Shown: positions 35,991 to 50,032, counted from the whole stretch's first letter. The stretch: 63,062 nucleotides of DNA, filler included, from Psammoneis japonica (GCA_008632985.1; 2 parts of 2 records of this genome joined end to end with filler, not necessarily neighbours in it); one strand, 5' to 3'. Made by a program: numbers and translations. The notes: generated by a model from the sequence alone, not told the origin.

Positions 35991-38900
35991 TGGAGTGGCA
36001 AGAGGGAGAGCGACAGAGGTGACCAGATGAACGTGGTTTTTAGAGAAGTCATCATCGCCAGAAAAACATGTGGACTTGCACAGACAGATGGGCATTTTCG
36101 ATGTTCGGCACTCCAAAGCAACACATGGCAAAAACAAAAGGGGGGGTTCAGGGGACAGGCGTTGCAGAAGCCCACATGGCATGAGATGCAAAAGGGTTTC
36201 TTGCATCAATGGCAGCATCTCTTTTGATGAAGTTTCTTGTCGGCCGCCGGCACGTCAACAATGGTGAATGGACCACGGATCTGGTTGTGAAAGGGTCCCT
36301 CCACACCCTGATGCGGCATGTTTAGGGCGTCGAGCTCTGTGCACCATCCTTCTGACCTGGCAAACAATTGGGGGTTGATGAAGCACCGGCGATGCGTCGC
36401 GACGGCTTGCACCCTTGGAAAGTCACCCCAAGCATTGTTTCCTTGCCTGATGCAGTGGGTGCACAACTGTTGGTTCTGGCCAACTGCATGGCAATTCATG
36501 CAGTTGCCCTCCCGTGGCAAAAGTGTGCTGACAGTGTCTCGACTAGTCCCACAGTTGGTTGGGTGGCAAATGACATTGCGGGCAGATGGAAGCACGCAGT
36601 GAGTGTTGTTCTGCAGACTCTCCCTCACCTCCATGAGTTGGGAAAGAGTGCAATCCTCCACAGGATTTGGAAACAGCCCGTCCATGGCTGGCAAAAGGGG
36701 GGCTTGTCTTAAATGTTTTGATCACGCAAAGGCCGAACGTGATTTACAGAGCGTTGAATTGCCACGCCATTCTTGTTTTCGACATGCAAACGATGCTCGG
36801 TCATTTGCGCTGTTGTCCCGGTTGCATCACGGCGGCGGTTTTGTCGTGTGTTGCAACGTGGATTTCCAGGGGCTAAGTGAGGATCGACGTTGTTTGCAAT
36901 TGGCACACGGTCACCCAGGGAACAATCTGCAATGGTGCGATGATTTTCCTTTGATTCGGATTCTTCCCCACTGTCTTCGCTCGTGCTGCTTGACCTGCTG
37001 TCGATTGACGCAGAGGATGATTCTTCGCTGCTCAGCTGACTGCCGATGGATGATTCCACGTCCCTCGATTGCTCTGTGAGTGACGAATCTTCCCACGGCC
37101 GACTTTCCTCGTCGCTAGACTCCTCTTCGCTAAACTCCTCTTCGCCAGATGAATGGCACCCCCTCGTTGAATGGTGCAGCCGAGACAACTGTGATGCTCG
37201 ACTGACACAGTTGCCCCAGATTTGTTGGTGAGTGATCCCAATTCGCTCTCAAAGGGAGCAGATGGCTGTGATTTGAACAACAGACCATCGCACGCGGGGG
37301 CCTTCTCCGGTCGACATTTCGGACAACTGCTGGATTGAACTGTTCAGTTGGGCCACCAGAACAGTGAGGCGGTCGCCTGGTCTCCTGACTTTGTCTCTGC
37401 AGGAACGGATGGCTTGATTGCGATTGCTCATTTGGAGCAATGAACTGCAGATGGATTTCTGGAGCTGAGGGTTCCACAAAAATTTGTTCCAGTGGGCACT
37501 GAAAAATGCATGTGGGCTCAAGTTTGCGTGCGTCACTGGGTTGTGATTCCAGCAGACACGATCAAAAATGGGATCTCCGACCAACTTCGATCATCCTGAC
37601 CAACTCGTCCTGTCCTTTAGATGTGCCAGTGTGACGAAAACGCTGTCAGTGCAAAACAGGTTGAGAGACAACCAGTGAGTTTGCAATTCAGTCAGAAAAA
37701 ATGACAAACCATCGATCGTTAGAGAGAAATGCGCCAACACAAAATCCACCGGATGTGAGGCATTCCTCTGAATTCAGTCCAAAACTTGCATTGCATTGCT
37801 TGACAACGGACAGGAACCCGCACTGCCCGGGGTGGATTGCATGGGCCAATGTGCAATTCATGGTCACAAACAAATCTCACATTGGAGGGCAACTGGTGAG
37901 TTTGCCGTTCAGTGAGCCGAGTCAAAGTAAAAACCAACAACACAAATCCACTCGACAGCTGTGAGGCACTCTCTCAAAATCGGATGAAAACTTGCATTGG
38001 CGGACGATGGATCCTTTCCGAGGGAGGGGACGGATCGTTTCTGTGGGAGGGGGGCTCTGTGCACAACATGAAATCAGTGACGGTGGTCAACGACATCTTG
38101 CATTGGAGGAGTTGCGATCCATTTCACGGATCACATCTTCAAGCTCCTGGGAAATTCCACTGCCTTCCAAAGTTTGAGAATTAATTTCATCGAGGTGCAG
38201 AGCAGAGGAAAAGTCTGGATCATTTTCAACGTCACCCAAGGGGGAGGGATTGGAGGAGTGGGAGACTCCCCACCCTTCTGAAGGTGTGGTGCACAAAAAA
38301 CCGGCTTCATTGTTTCCAAACTCACCATGGAGAGAATTTTTGGCAGCCTGGCCACTGTCTCCAACAGTGTGCGCCAAACAAACGGCACAGGCGCTGAAAG
38401 AAAACAGGGCAAGAAAAAACACAATGCTGAATGGTGTGAAGCGTGCGTGCAGACAAAAATGCCACTGTTGTCAAGGTGTGAGTGTAACTCACCAGTCGGT
38501 GGCAGGCGCCCAGTCACCCAACGGCGTGAAAGCCACGGGGCGCCAATCACAACACCCAAACTTCTCAACCATGGAGCAACCATCAGGGAAGAGCAAGTGA
38601 AGATCCTGCCAGCACATGAAAACGTCACAGATGCCCATGTTGAATCGCTCGAGACTCACGTCACACAGCAATCCCTCGGCGCCATTTAAACCGTACATTT
38701 GAAGACCAAAATCGTTTGTCAGACATCTCACAATGGCGGGGTGGGCGCCTTTGGGTGTTCCCATGGTGCACATCTGTTTCGCAGCACCTGAGGTTGACAC
38801 AGGACAAACAAGGTTGCAAAGATCAGGGTGTGGCTTCACACCCAATCCAATTTGTGCACAAATTTGCACAGTGATCATCAATTGGAACTCAGCACCATCG

Positions 38901-39469
38901 GCGCCATTTCCTTCCCATTTCCTGACAATGTCTTGGAGTTTTGGCCTCAATCGATTCATGATTGAAAGAATCGGTTCCAACATTGCCATTGATCCAAGAC
39001 ATGGCTTCACGCACCCCCCATTCAATGTCATCCATCACCAAGTTCAAACGCTTGCCGCATTTGCTGATGAAGACATCTTCAAAATTGAGCCCGGGAGACA
39101 AAAGCCTGGCATTGTTTCTGTCACCAGCAATGCTTCCAAACTTGGCCATCGCCTCACGATGACAGCAGATGATGGGGTCTTGTGTTGAGATGACGGCCTG
39201 CACGTCACTGAGAATGTGGCAAAAGCACAAAAAACCAGTCTGGCAACCCGCCAGGATTGCCAAGCGAAGGGCTTGGCTGACACCGATGTGGGGGAGCAAA
39301 TGTGAGACAGCAGTCAACGCAAGAGAGAGAAAGAAGTCCCTCCCAACGGCAAATGGATGAATGATGCGACGTGCCATGACCGCGGGTGGCTTGACTGTGT
39401 CACCCATCTGTGACTTCCTCCCGACATTTTCTTCCGTCGGTCTTTTAGCTCGTTGCAACCACACAAGGA

Positions 39470-41662
39470 GTCCATGTAACCACCGATGCGAAACGTGCCG
39501 TTGGTGACAAGCTTGACAGACCACGCATGTCCTTTTGAGTCGTTGACGTTTGCACACACGGTGCTGGTCTTTGTGCATCCCGTTTTGATGCAATTGAAAG
39601 GGTCAGTGTGATCTTTTGTGTTCTGGGAACGTGCATTTCGGTCATCGTTCTCGTTCTCAATCTGGTTGGCTGGCGTCGGCGAGTCTCATTTGTTCCTGTG
39701 CTGCAACGATGGGGGCTCTGTCGAGTGGTCAGAAGCATTGCGTGGGATGGTTTCGTTCTCATCAGCAAACGGCAGCGTGGCTGTGTCGTCGGCTGACGTC
39801 GGTCCGCAGTCGTCCTTTGCTGCTTGCAAAGACAAACACTTGCGCTGCAGGGTGACAATTTCTCTTCTGAGGACAAGGGCGCCAATTGCAGCCCTGAGCT
39901 TGGCTGCACATTGGCTGTCTTGAGCTTCGTTGTTGAAAGGTCGTTGGTTTTGAAAACCTGCGACCTCTGTCTCGTCCTCGCATCTTTGCATGGCGTCAAG
40001 CAGCTCCGCTGTCATTCGTTGGACAAGTTTGGGGATCTTGGACCAAACATCCATCCCGCGCAAAGAGCCGGGTTTGTGGTCAGGTCCGATCTCCACTTCT
40101 TCGGGGAGAGCCTTGACGCAATTCTGTCTGGCGCGACCAAATTCGATGCGGCAACGCATCTTGCTGTCGCGGGGATCCCTGCTTTTGTCAGGGCTGCCAT
40201 GCTGCAGAATTGCTCTGAGAATTGATGCAAAATTCACCCGCAAAGGACCAAAGTGTTTTTGAAAAATCCGGTTGGAAAACCTGAGAAAAGAAACCTTGTC
40301 CGTCAAGTGGGACGAAGCTTCCGTGGAGTGCGTGGTGGTGACTGCTGTCTCCTTCATTGGGTTGCTGGGCGGAAACCCATTGAAGAAGCCGTGATGGCAC
40401 TGGCGCAGATTGTCAATGAGGTGGCAATCGGCGGTGGTGTGGAGGAGAACGTGATGCACTGTGTTGGGTGGCAGGCCACCTGTGGGTGGTGTTTTCTCCA
40501 AAACGAGAAGGTGGGAGTGGCATCTCTTGACATCTGCAGGGCTGGACAGCAGGCAAGAATCAGGGAAACGGATTTTGAGTTCATCCTCTTCAAAATCATT
40601 GGGCAAAGACGGCAACACAACTGCTGGAGCTTTTTTTTTACGCCAAACCTTGCGCAACTTGGCCAGCTGTTCCTCGAATGTGGGCAACCTTTCCAGGGGG
40701 TCGGAAGAAAGAAGCGGCATTTCCTGCATTGATTCCATGGATGGGGTGGCCTGATCGGAACAGAGAGAGGCTGTGGCTTTGCATTTCCGTGCATTGCAAG
40801 TGATGGACGGGAGCACGCTGCCAAATCCCCTTTTCTTGTGGTGCAACGCCCAATCACGAAGCCGGGCTTGCCACATGGCCTCGCAACAATCACGGGCACG
40901 TTTGCTCGTTCCTGAATTGTTGGCGGCGGCGTTGCGCCGACAACATCTGACGCTGGCCTGAATCTTAGAATCAACGTGGTTGGAGTGCAACTGAATCCTC
41001 TCGACGGTCATCATTTGATTGCTCAAGTGAGCTTCCCAGTCGTTGCCTTTCTCAGCAAAGAGCTCCTTCACGAAAACGGGGTGGGTGACAGGGTTGTCAT
41101 CCTTGGTGGTCTCGCAGTGAGACAAGGCCAGAAAATTGTTCACAAAAGAAACGCATCTTTGCTCAGTGTCGCAATCGCGATGGAGCCGACAAAGCCAGTG
41201 CTCCGGGTTGTTGTTTTTTTCTGGGACATGTGGTGGAATTTTGTTGTGTGGAACAAGACATCCAACGTGCAGGAGTTGAAGATGTGTCATCAACTTGTTG
41301 GCAAAGCTTCTTGGTTGGATGTGGTTGACCAAAGGCTCACCGGAAAAAGGATCCAATGGATGAGGATCGTTCAACAAACCAAACAAGAGAAACACCTTCG
41401 CCATCATGTTTGTTGCCATTTCTGATTCAGAAAAAGCACCCGCCGATGTCATTTCTTCTGTCACGGGCACTCTTCTGTGCTCCAATTTGTGGGCTTTCCC
41501 ACCAGCCTGTTTTGAGTGACTCCATCCTTTTGCCTGCAACATTTTAACCAGAGTTTTGTGTCCGAGTTCAAACGCCACGATGCGGCACACCGACAAAAGC
41601 TCAGAAAAAAATTTCGCCGAGATTTGCGATGCTTCGACCAAACGTGCGGGAGCGCGAGCCAA
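39470..41662 (-). pseudogene. Large degenerate ORF of unknown function with a downstream HTDPFN segment
   Basis: 658-aa ORF with no Tyr; downstream segment HTDPFNCIKTGCTKT...DSKGHAWSVKLVTN starts at 39610. Confidence 0.4.
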
Positions 41663-44600
41663 TTGGCTGAGGGCTCACACGTTGAATTGCGGTGGAACAT
41701 GCGCTTTCTTCTTGCCGATTCGATGTGGACACGGAGTTTTGCCTTTTCACTCTCGTCAGTGATCCCCAATGTGCTCGAATTCATCGTCTTTGCCCTGCAA
41801 CGGGGTGTCGGCGGCGGGTGAATCGGAAGGTTCCTCGTTTCAGCACAGCGCCATGGTGGGGTGCTGTTTTGGGCGGTCAACTCGAATGCAGGGCATGGGC
41901 GGTTTGACGTAGAAAAGATGCCGGGTGGGAAGATTGGTGGAAAGATGTGCTGAATTCGCCCATGGAGTTCCACACGCACAAAAACTGCAACAGCGGCGAG
42001 GACAACACCAGCATGCATGGTTTGGGGCGGGGAGACAACACGCAAAAAGGGAGACGCACGTGTGTACGAACAGTGCCAAGAAAGGTGCACAAAAGCAAAG
42101 CAGATGGTGAGTTCGTTCGCCTGTGACGCACGCAACTTGAATTTAGAGCATTGCAAACATCGGGGCAGTTGGAAAATTGCCGTTTGTTTGATGTGAACCA
42201 AAATTGGGACATTCATTGTTGCACATCATTTGTTGAGAATGGCAAAAAAACCATTGCACATCATCTGCAGTTTGATTCCCCGGGAACAAAACTGCAGGAG
42301 GCTTTTTTCTGGCTGCTGGCAGGGCCCTGGGCGGAAGGAAGAAAGAAGTTGACGGCCCATTTTCTTTGGTGAAAGGAAGGCATGAATGCAAAAACTGGGT
42401 GTCCAACAATGGCAACAAGCCACCGGGAGGGTTGAGTGCATTGACAAGGTGCCGTTCAGTGCCTCGGAGGAGAGAGATGGACGGAAACCAGAGCATGCTG
42501 CAAAAAGATTCTGGGGGGCACGACAATGCAGGGAGGAGAGTGCCAAACATCAATCAACCTAAATGTGGTTTGCTTGTTGCCATCACAAAAAATGCCAGGA
42601 GCGGTGGGGAAGGTTTGGAGGAGCTGTTGTTCTGTGCGGGAACACGGGTGTTGGCAAATGGTTGTCTGGTGAGCGAAAACAAAAAGTGCAGCACACGTTG
42701 AAAACCCACGTGAGTTTTGCACTGTCACAAAAAAAGCCCATTGAGAAGCACGGCAACCAGCATCACCCACACACGGGTGTGAACACTGCGCTCCACACGG
42801 TGTGATGCTCTGCACAAATCCAGCGTGTCACACGCGTGTGCGCTGCGTGCACACACTTGAGCTCAGTCGCGCACACGCTTGGGAGGGCCTGCCTTGGCAG
42901 AGCGTGATGCAGTCTTTGGCTTCTTGTTGGGGATGGTCAAGGAAGGCTCTTGCATGGTGAATGTGAACAAGAGAACAAAACGTGGATGTGTGAGAAGACG
43001 GATGCACAAGAAACATGCTGCAACAAGGAGGGGGGGGGGGGGGGGGCATGTGCCGTCGTACAAAGAACAGGTGCCGTCTTTGCGGGTCCTCCCAATTTTG
43101 CATTTGGTTTTGGATTGACACTCTCATTTGTCATCATCATCCAAGCAGTCGGCCCTCTGATCACGCATTCTGCATTGAAGGATTGTGAGCAACTTGCTGC
43201 ACTTCAGTTGCATGCCAGGTTGTTCCTTGGGACAGCACTTCCCAAATTTGTGGCTCAACATGGAATTTGTTTTTTCTTCGTGCGCCTCTCAACGGGCAAG
43301 GGAATCACCATCCATTGTCACTTTGTTCTTTTGGAGTGAGGTGTTCCTCAATGTTGTCCGCCTGAGAGCCCGGGTTGTTGGAATTGCACGGCACTAGAAA
43401 GCTGTTGACGAACAGGCGCCACTCCTTTTGCGATTGGACATGGCAAAAAATCTGCATGAACCAGCAGTCGAAGTCATTTTGTTTGCACTGAACGTGACGC
43501 GTTGCGATTTCGGTGACAAAAAATGCACCGTGAAGGTCTTGTGCACGGTCGTCGATCAGTTTTTTGAGATTGTTGCACTTTGAAAACCGGGGACAAGGCT
43601 TGCTGGAAACGGGATCATTCAGGTCGTCACCGGCAACAATCGCACAGACAAATTCTGCCATGGCTTTGATGTTGCGGCGAAGATTCGTGCGGCGCACTTC
43701 TTGTTCAACTGTCTCTCCGGGCATTTTTGAGAAACAGAGAGCTTTGTCCAAATTTCGACAATGAAGGTGGCATTGACCTTTCAGCGAGCGGGATTTCTTC
43801 AGGGACCAACCACGAGTCTTGATGCAAGACCAAATGTCAGGGCATCCAAGAGTTTTCCCGACGATGTTGTTGGTGTGGACAACTTCCGCGACATGTGGAA
43901 TTCAGTGTAACTTCGGCTTGTGGCAAAGGAAGGGAAGAGCGAGAAATTGCGGAGAGGGAGTCCATTGTGTCGATTCCAAAAACTGCTTTTTGGATGCACG
44001 CATTGAAGCTGTGCTTTTGAGCTTGGGACCAAACAACTCCATTCCAAAACCATTGGCAAAATGTTCCATGTCATCAAAATCACATTCATCAGGAAATTGG
44101 AAGGAAGGATCGGGGTCGACCTCGTCATGAGACGGGGTGAAGTCATTGACCGCCATGGCAAGAGGTCAGTTGTGATTTGCGCAGAAAGCACGTGGATGAC
44201 AACAGCACATGCTCAGGTGGAAAGCAGTTTGGGGAGAGGATGTGCTGTCATGAAATGCGCAGACAGTTGCGCATGCAGAGCGAGTGCCCAAATCAGGGTA
44301 GAGAGCCATGCACAGAAATTCTGGGAGGTGCTGGAAAAATGATGCTGGAAATGTGCATGGGGGAGACTGGAGCGCACCGAACAGCAGAGGATGCACCAGT
44401 CAACACGGTGGGGTGTGTGTGATGTGGAGCTGTTAAAAACCAAAATCAAAGATGTCGGTTCAATGCAAATGTGACAATGAGATCAAATGGAAATTTACAA
44501 AATCCAATGAAAGCAAAAATCAAATTAAATTGTTGAGAATGATCAAACACAAACAGATGACAAATGTCAGCACAAAACGGATTTAATGAGTTCAGTGTGT

Positions 44601-44753
44601 TGTTTCAATTTACCTGCAAAAAATTGCAGTTGAAGGTGCAACAAAAACAACTTCAGTTGGCAACATTTGCGTGCAGAAAATTGAAAACCACCACATTGCC
44701 GCCTCTGATGTTTGCGCATTTGCTCATTTGCACACTTCCATGAAGCTCCAAAG

Positions 44754-45150
44754 GACGGGTTCCAGTCCCAGGTGGGACTCCGTGTGACATTGGGCCCTCA
44801 GAATTCTGCGTGCGAGCTCCGCAGTAAATTTGTGCTGCAATGAAAATGTGAATGATTGCCAACAGAAAAAGAGGCAATTTTGCGAATGTGTCTCCTCCTT
44901 CATGCTTGCTGCACATCATTGACAGTTTGCCCGGGTGTGCTCTTCAGACATTAAAGAATGCACCCAGTGTGTTTTTGTTCTCACAAATGTTGAAAATAGA
45001 AAGCCTTTGGCTTTGCAAAACAGGGAGCATGAAACAATTTCGTAGAATGTGACATGCAGAAATGTGCGTGCGCGACATGCGACGCGATCCAAAAAACCAT
45101 TGATGTCACAGTGCAGCAGTGCGAGGTCCCACCCAGAGCTGGAACGCGTC
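44754..45150 (-). mobile_element. MITE copy 2
   Basis: GACGGGTTCCAG...GGAACGCGTC; TSD AAAG. Confidence 0.9.
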
Positions 45151-45623
45151 AAAGGCGGTCTTTAATCGAGGACAATCTTTGCACATGACCCACCACATGT
45201 TGCAGGGGGGCACTGAAGGGACACAGCCCACTGGCAAGGGCACTGATCAAACAAGATTTGTGGTGCAAGTGTTTGGCGCTGGGGGCACTGGAGCAAAGCC
45301 AACGGGGACAACTGCTGCAAATGCCTTGGGAAAGCAGAGCAGGGTTTGTTGCTTCAAACAACACATGTGTTTGAGCAGAATGGAGCGCAGCACCGGTGGT
45401 GAGGACGGCAACACAAGGGAAGGAGACAAGGAGGCATGCGCCCACAAAAAATGGAGCTGATGTGGAGTGGACACATCAGCAACAAAAGAGGACATCACAA
45501 AAAAAGGGCGACATCACCTGCAGCTGTGGATCAAAGAACACTCGTGATGAGGCCAGGTCAAGCAAAATGGCTTCTGTGGCACATCAACAAATGCGTGCAT
45601 GGCACGGGAATGGCATGTTGGGG

Positions 45624-46012
45624 GACACGTTCCAGGTCTGGGTGGGACCTTGCACTGCTGAACTGTGACATCGACAGTTTTTTGAATCGTGTCGCATGTC
45701 GCGCACGTGCATTTCTACGTGATTTTGGCAAAATTTTGTGTGGTTTTACAGCACATTTGTCAGGCTGTCCATTGAACAACTTTTAATGTTTTTTTCTTCT
45801 GCGCCATTCTCGAGTGTCTTGAGAATGGCGTGGGGCAGGCGTGTTGTCCAAAACTTCGAGTGCGAACAGGGACAGATGCACCACAAACTTGGCCATTTTT
45901 TTTGTGTCGAAGACAAACACATCCATCAACCAGAGTGCGAACTGCAGAGCTTGCACACAGAATTCTGCGGGGCAAATGTCACAAAAAGTCCCACCTGGGA
46001 CTGGAACCCGTC
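45624..46012 (+). mobile_element. MITE copy 3
   Basis: GACACGTTCCAGG...GGAACCCGTC; TSD GGGG. Confidence 0.9.
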
Positions 46013-46269
46013 GGGGGAGAGAGGTCGACGTGCTCACCCAACATGCTGTGACCCCCAACATGCAGAACCGAGGATGAGCACATCATGGGGGACAAATGGG
46101 GGCTTCCCCATGATGCAGAGATGGATTTCACCAATTTGTCCCCTCACGTGCTGCATCTTGGCTTTTTTGTAAAATGCAACAATGACAACGTGAGGGCAGC
46201 TGCGACAACAACTTGAGTCACAAGGGTGGCACAACTGCTGCCGCTGCCACCGCCATTTTTCCATTCATG

Positions 46270-47310
46270 ATTTTGTGCCCTTGACCACTTTGCACTTTTG
46301 CTCTTCCTGGTTCATTGCCACTGGCCACTTTGTGCCCTTTGCGCCTTTGTGCCTTTTGCGCTGCCCTTGGCCAATTTGTGCCCTTTGCAACTTTGTGCCC
46401 TCAGCTGCTGTTTTGCACTCTCAATGCGTTCCAGCCCTGGGTGGGAGCTCGCAGCACTGACGTGTGACACAAATGATTTTTGTCATCCGTTGCATGTTTT
46501 GCACGCACATTTCTACGTGTGACATTTAAAAAAAATTGTCCAGACTTGCTGTTTTGCGAAGCCCCAGACGTTTTACATGACGAATTTATAGAAACAGCAA
46601 TGTGCCAGTTGCGTTCTTCAATGTCTGAAGAATGTAACTGGCCAAGTGAAAAACGATGTGCTTCAATCATGTGCGAGTTTGTGTGTTCGCAAAATTGCCT
46701 CATTTTCTGTTGGCAAACATTGACACTCTAATCACTGCATGATTTTGCTGCGGAGCTCGCACGTGGAATTCTACGGGCCCAATGTCACGCGGATTCCCAC
46801 CTGCGTCTGGAACGCGTCTCTCACTCCGTTTAGTGATTTTTTTTGTGCCCCAGGAAAGTTTGTGCCCTTTGTGATTTTGTGCCCTCAACTCCCATTTTTT
46901 GTCATTTTTTGTTTTGTGCCCTTGGCCATTTTGCACCTTTGAGATTTTGTGCCCTCAGTCATGTTGCACAATTCTTGATTTTGTGCCCTTGACCTTTTTG
47001 TGCCCTTGGCTGTTTTGTGCCCTTTCCTTTTTTTGTGCCCTTGAGCATTTTGTGCGTTTTGTGGTTTTGTGCCCTTGGCCATTTTGCGCCCTTTGTGACT
47101 TTGTGCCCTTGTCCATTTTGCGCCTTTTTTGGTTTTGGGCCCTCAGCCGCATTTGGTGCCCCTTGCGACATTGTGGTTTTGTGCCCTTTGCCATTTTGGA
47201 CCCTTCATGATTTTTTGCCCTTGGCAGCTTTGTGCCCTCAGCCACCATTTTGCACCCTCAGTCATTTTGTGACCTCAGCAATTTTGTGCCCCTGCCTGGT
47301 TTGTGCCCTT
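46270..47310 (+). repeat. Degenerate TTTTGTGCCC-motif array; continues at 54881-55010 after the Copia insertion
   Basis: Many ttttgtgccc(tt) motifs at about 20-bp spacing; the same sequence recurs near 56160, 57915, 59410 and 62260. Confidence 0.88.
46423..46818 (+). mobile_element. MITE copy 4, partly TpA-retaining
   Basis: AATGCGTTCCAG...GGAACGCGTC; TSD TCTC. Confidence 0.85.
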
Positions 47311-47480
47311 TGTCACGGTCAGCCAGAGCTCGCAGGACAGACAGACAGATGGACGGATGGACAGACAGAGCTCGTTCGCACTGACTCAGAGAGATGATGT
47401 CGAAGATTCTCTGACGCAGCCAGCTCATAGACCACAGAATGGTCGCAAACCTCTTTAGCTCACAATGTCTGCACAAGACA
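47311..47480 (+). repeat. 5' LTR
   Basis: tgtcacggtc...cacaagaca; matches 54711-54880. Confidence 0.95.
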
Positions 47481-47541
47481 GGTTGTGTGGCCCTCGTTGC
47501 CTCTGCAACCTTTTTGACAACAAACACCGCCAACACCCACC

Positions 47542-47937
47542 GACGGGTTCCAGCCCCAGGTGGGACTTTTTGTGACATTGGGCCCGCAGAATTCTGCGTG
47601 CGAGCTCCGCAGTAAAATCATCAAGCAATGAATGTGTGAATGATCGCCAACAGAAAAAGAGGCAATTTTGCGAACGCATCTCCTCCTTCACACTTGAAGC
47701 ACATTCTTTGTGGCATGCCCGGGTGTGTTCTTTGGACATTGAAGAACATGCCCTGTGCATTTTCATTGACATGAGTGCAGATGACAGAAAGCCTTTGGCT
47801 TTGCAAAACAGGCAGTGTGGAACAATTTTTTGCAACAGAACACGCAGAAATGTGCGTGCAAAACATGCGACGGATGACAAAAAACAATTGAGTCACAGTT
47901 CAGCAGTGCGAGGTCCCACCCAGAGCTGGAACACATC
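47542..47937 (-). mobile_element. MITE copy 5, nested in the Copia leader
   Basis: GACGGGTTCCAG...GGAACACATC; TSD CACC. Confidence 0.9.
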
Positions 47938-47944
47938 CACCACC

Positions 47945-50032
47945 ATGGCACCATCCTCCAGCACCAAACGCACTGGCAAGCCCAAATCGGGCAAGGGCTC
48001 TTCTGAATCACAGAAGCACAGCGCCACCGCGACGCCCTCACCATCTCATGGAGCGCGTCCCTCAAAAGAAGGGCGGGAAAGTCGACACGGCTCTTGATGA
48101 ACTCATCGAACATGCGCCCAAAAAGGCGCCGCGTGATGATGATGTCGACCGTCAGAACCCTGACGGCAATGCATTTAAGGACGATGACATGCGTGACAAT
48201 GACAGCATCGCAAAACTCACGTCAGTGACGAACTCGGATGACATGGACGTTTCTGACAACAACAGTGTCTCGTCTGACAAGTCCAACAAGTCCAATGCGG
48301 AAACCCCCCGCAAGCGCACCAAAAAGCACTTGTCCAAGCGCAAGTGTGAGAGGCTTGCCGCTCACATTGACAAAGTCACTGCAGCTGCATGCGCTGACAA
48401 GCGCATTGCACAACTGGCCAAACCGCTAGAAGACAAATTGACTGTGTCCCCTGAGTCATTCTTTGACTTCCTCTTTTGTCTTGAGGAATGTCTTCAGAGC
48501 TCCCCTGTGTTGGCAAAAGTCATGAAGCTCGACAACGGCATGTCTTTGACAAAAGGCTTCACCAAAGTGGTGCTGTGGGGTGTTGAAACCGACGAGGTCA
48601 TCGCCAAGAAATCCGATGACCAGACATCCATGCATTTCATGCAACGTGCGCTCAAGGCCCTGCTTGTTGCCTCGCATGACAAAGAGCTGCATCAGGTGAT
48701 TGTGTCTGATGAAAATGTCATGGATCATCTCCACAAGGACGGTGCAATGTGCTTCTGCCATGGCTTCAAGCAGCTGTTCCCGTTGCCCGAGATGCATGTC
48801 AACGGCATCCAGACAAAATTGTCCAAAGTTTCTCTCATTGACGATTGCAATGGCAATGTCAGCGCGTGCACGCATGAGTTCAGGCAGCACCTCTGCCTGG
48901 TTCACAAGCGTGACGACACGCTTGAGTGCACTCTTGTCGAGAAAGCCTTCAACAAACTCCAAACCGCCGCATGCAAGCCATTCGCAGCCAAGATGGCCCA
49001 GCATGAGACTGATTGGATGCACAAGAAACACGTCAAATGGACCGTCGAGACCCTGTTCAAGGAAGCCAACAGCCTCCAGATGGCGCTTGAGGCACAGAAT
49101 CTTTGGGACAAACCTTCCACGGAAGAAACCCAGTTCATGGCCATGCTGGCTCAGAACGAACAGCTCGCCAACTTCGCGCAGCAGATGACGAAGGTCGCCT
49201 CTGCTTTCCAGTCGTCCCTGCAGCAGAGTTTGCGGTGCAAGCATCGCAACAACCGTTGCAACCGCTGCGACAACCGCCGGGGACATCAGGGTCATGGTGG
49301 TTGCGGAAACGGTCGTGACCACGCACCTCGCCGTGGCTCCCCTCCGTTCTTGCACATTGAACCCGAGAACAAAGAAGCGGAAAAGGAGTGGGGCAACAAG
49401 AAGTGGCACTGGTGTGATGCATGCAAGATGCACTCCACTCGCCACAGCACCGTCACCCACAACAAATGCATTGCCTCCAACAACAACAAGAGTGGCAAGC
49501 GTCCTGGAAACGCACAACCCAAGTCTGGATGTGACCACAAGCACCAGCTCAGAACGAACAGCTCGTCAACTTTGCGCAGCAGATGACAAAGGTCGCCTCT
49601 GCTTTTCAGTCGTCCCTGCAGCAGAGTTCGCGGTGCAAGCATCGCAACAACCATTGCAACCACTGCGACAACCGCCAGGGACATCAGGGTCGTGGTGGTT
49701 GCGGAAATGGTCGTGACCGTGCACCTCGCCATGGTTCCCCTCCGTTCTTGTGCATTGAACCCGAGAACAAAGAAACGGAAAAGGAGTGGGGCAACAAGAA
49801 GTGGCGTTGGTGTGATGCATGCAAGATGCACTCCACTCGCCACAGCACCGGCACCCATGACGAATGCATTGCCTCCAACAACAACAAGAGCGGCAAGCGT
49901 CCTGGAAATGCGCAATCCAAGTCTGGATGTGACCACAAGCGCCAGAAGGCTGGTTCCAAGATTCAGCAGGATGTCGACAAGCTGCAGAAATTTGCTGCAA
50001 ACTTGTCCCTCTCTCAATCTGTTGCCTCTTGA
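47945..50032 (+). pseudogene. gag: Copia gag, degenerate
   Basis: ORF 48048-49586; knuckle-like WHWCDACKMHSTRHSTVTH; internal duplication. Confidence 0.75.
49149..49944 (+). repeat. 398-bp tandem duplication of the gag 3' part
   Basis: gctcagaacgaacagctcg at 49149 and 49547. Confidence 0.92.

Larger units (their letters stand above)
31937..44700. mobile_element. TpA-depleted block of degenerate coding relics, probably one or more large unclassified mobile or viral elements
   Basis: Long Tyr-free or nearly Tyr-free, Cys/His-rich ORFs (+ strand to about 36 kb, - strand after); no recognisable host gene. Confidence 0.45.
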
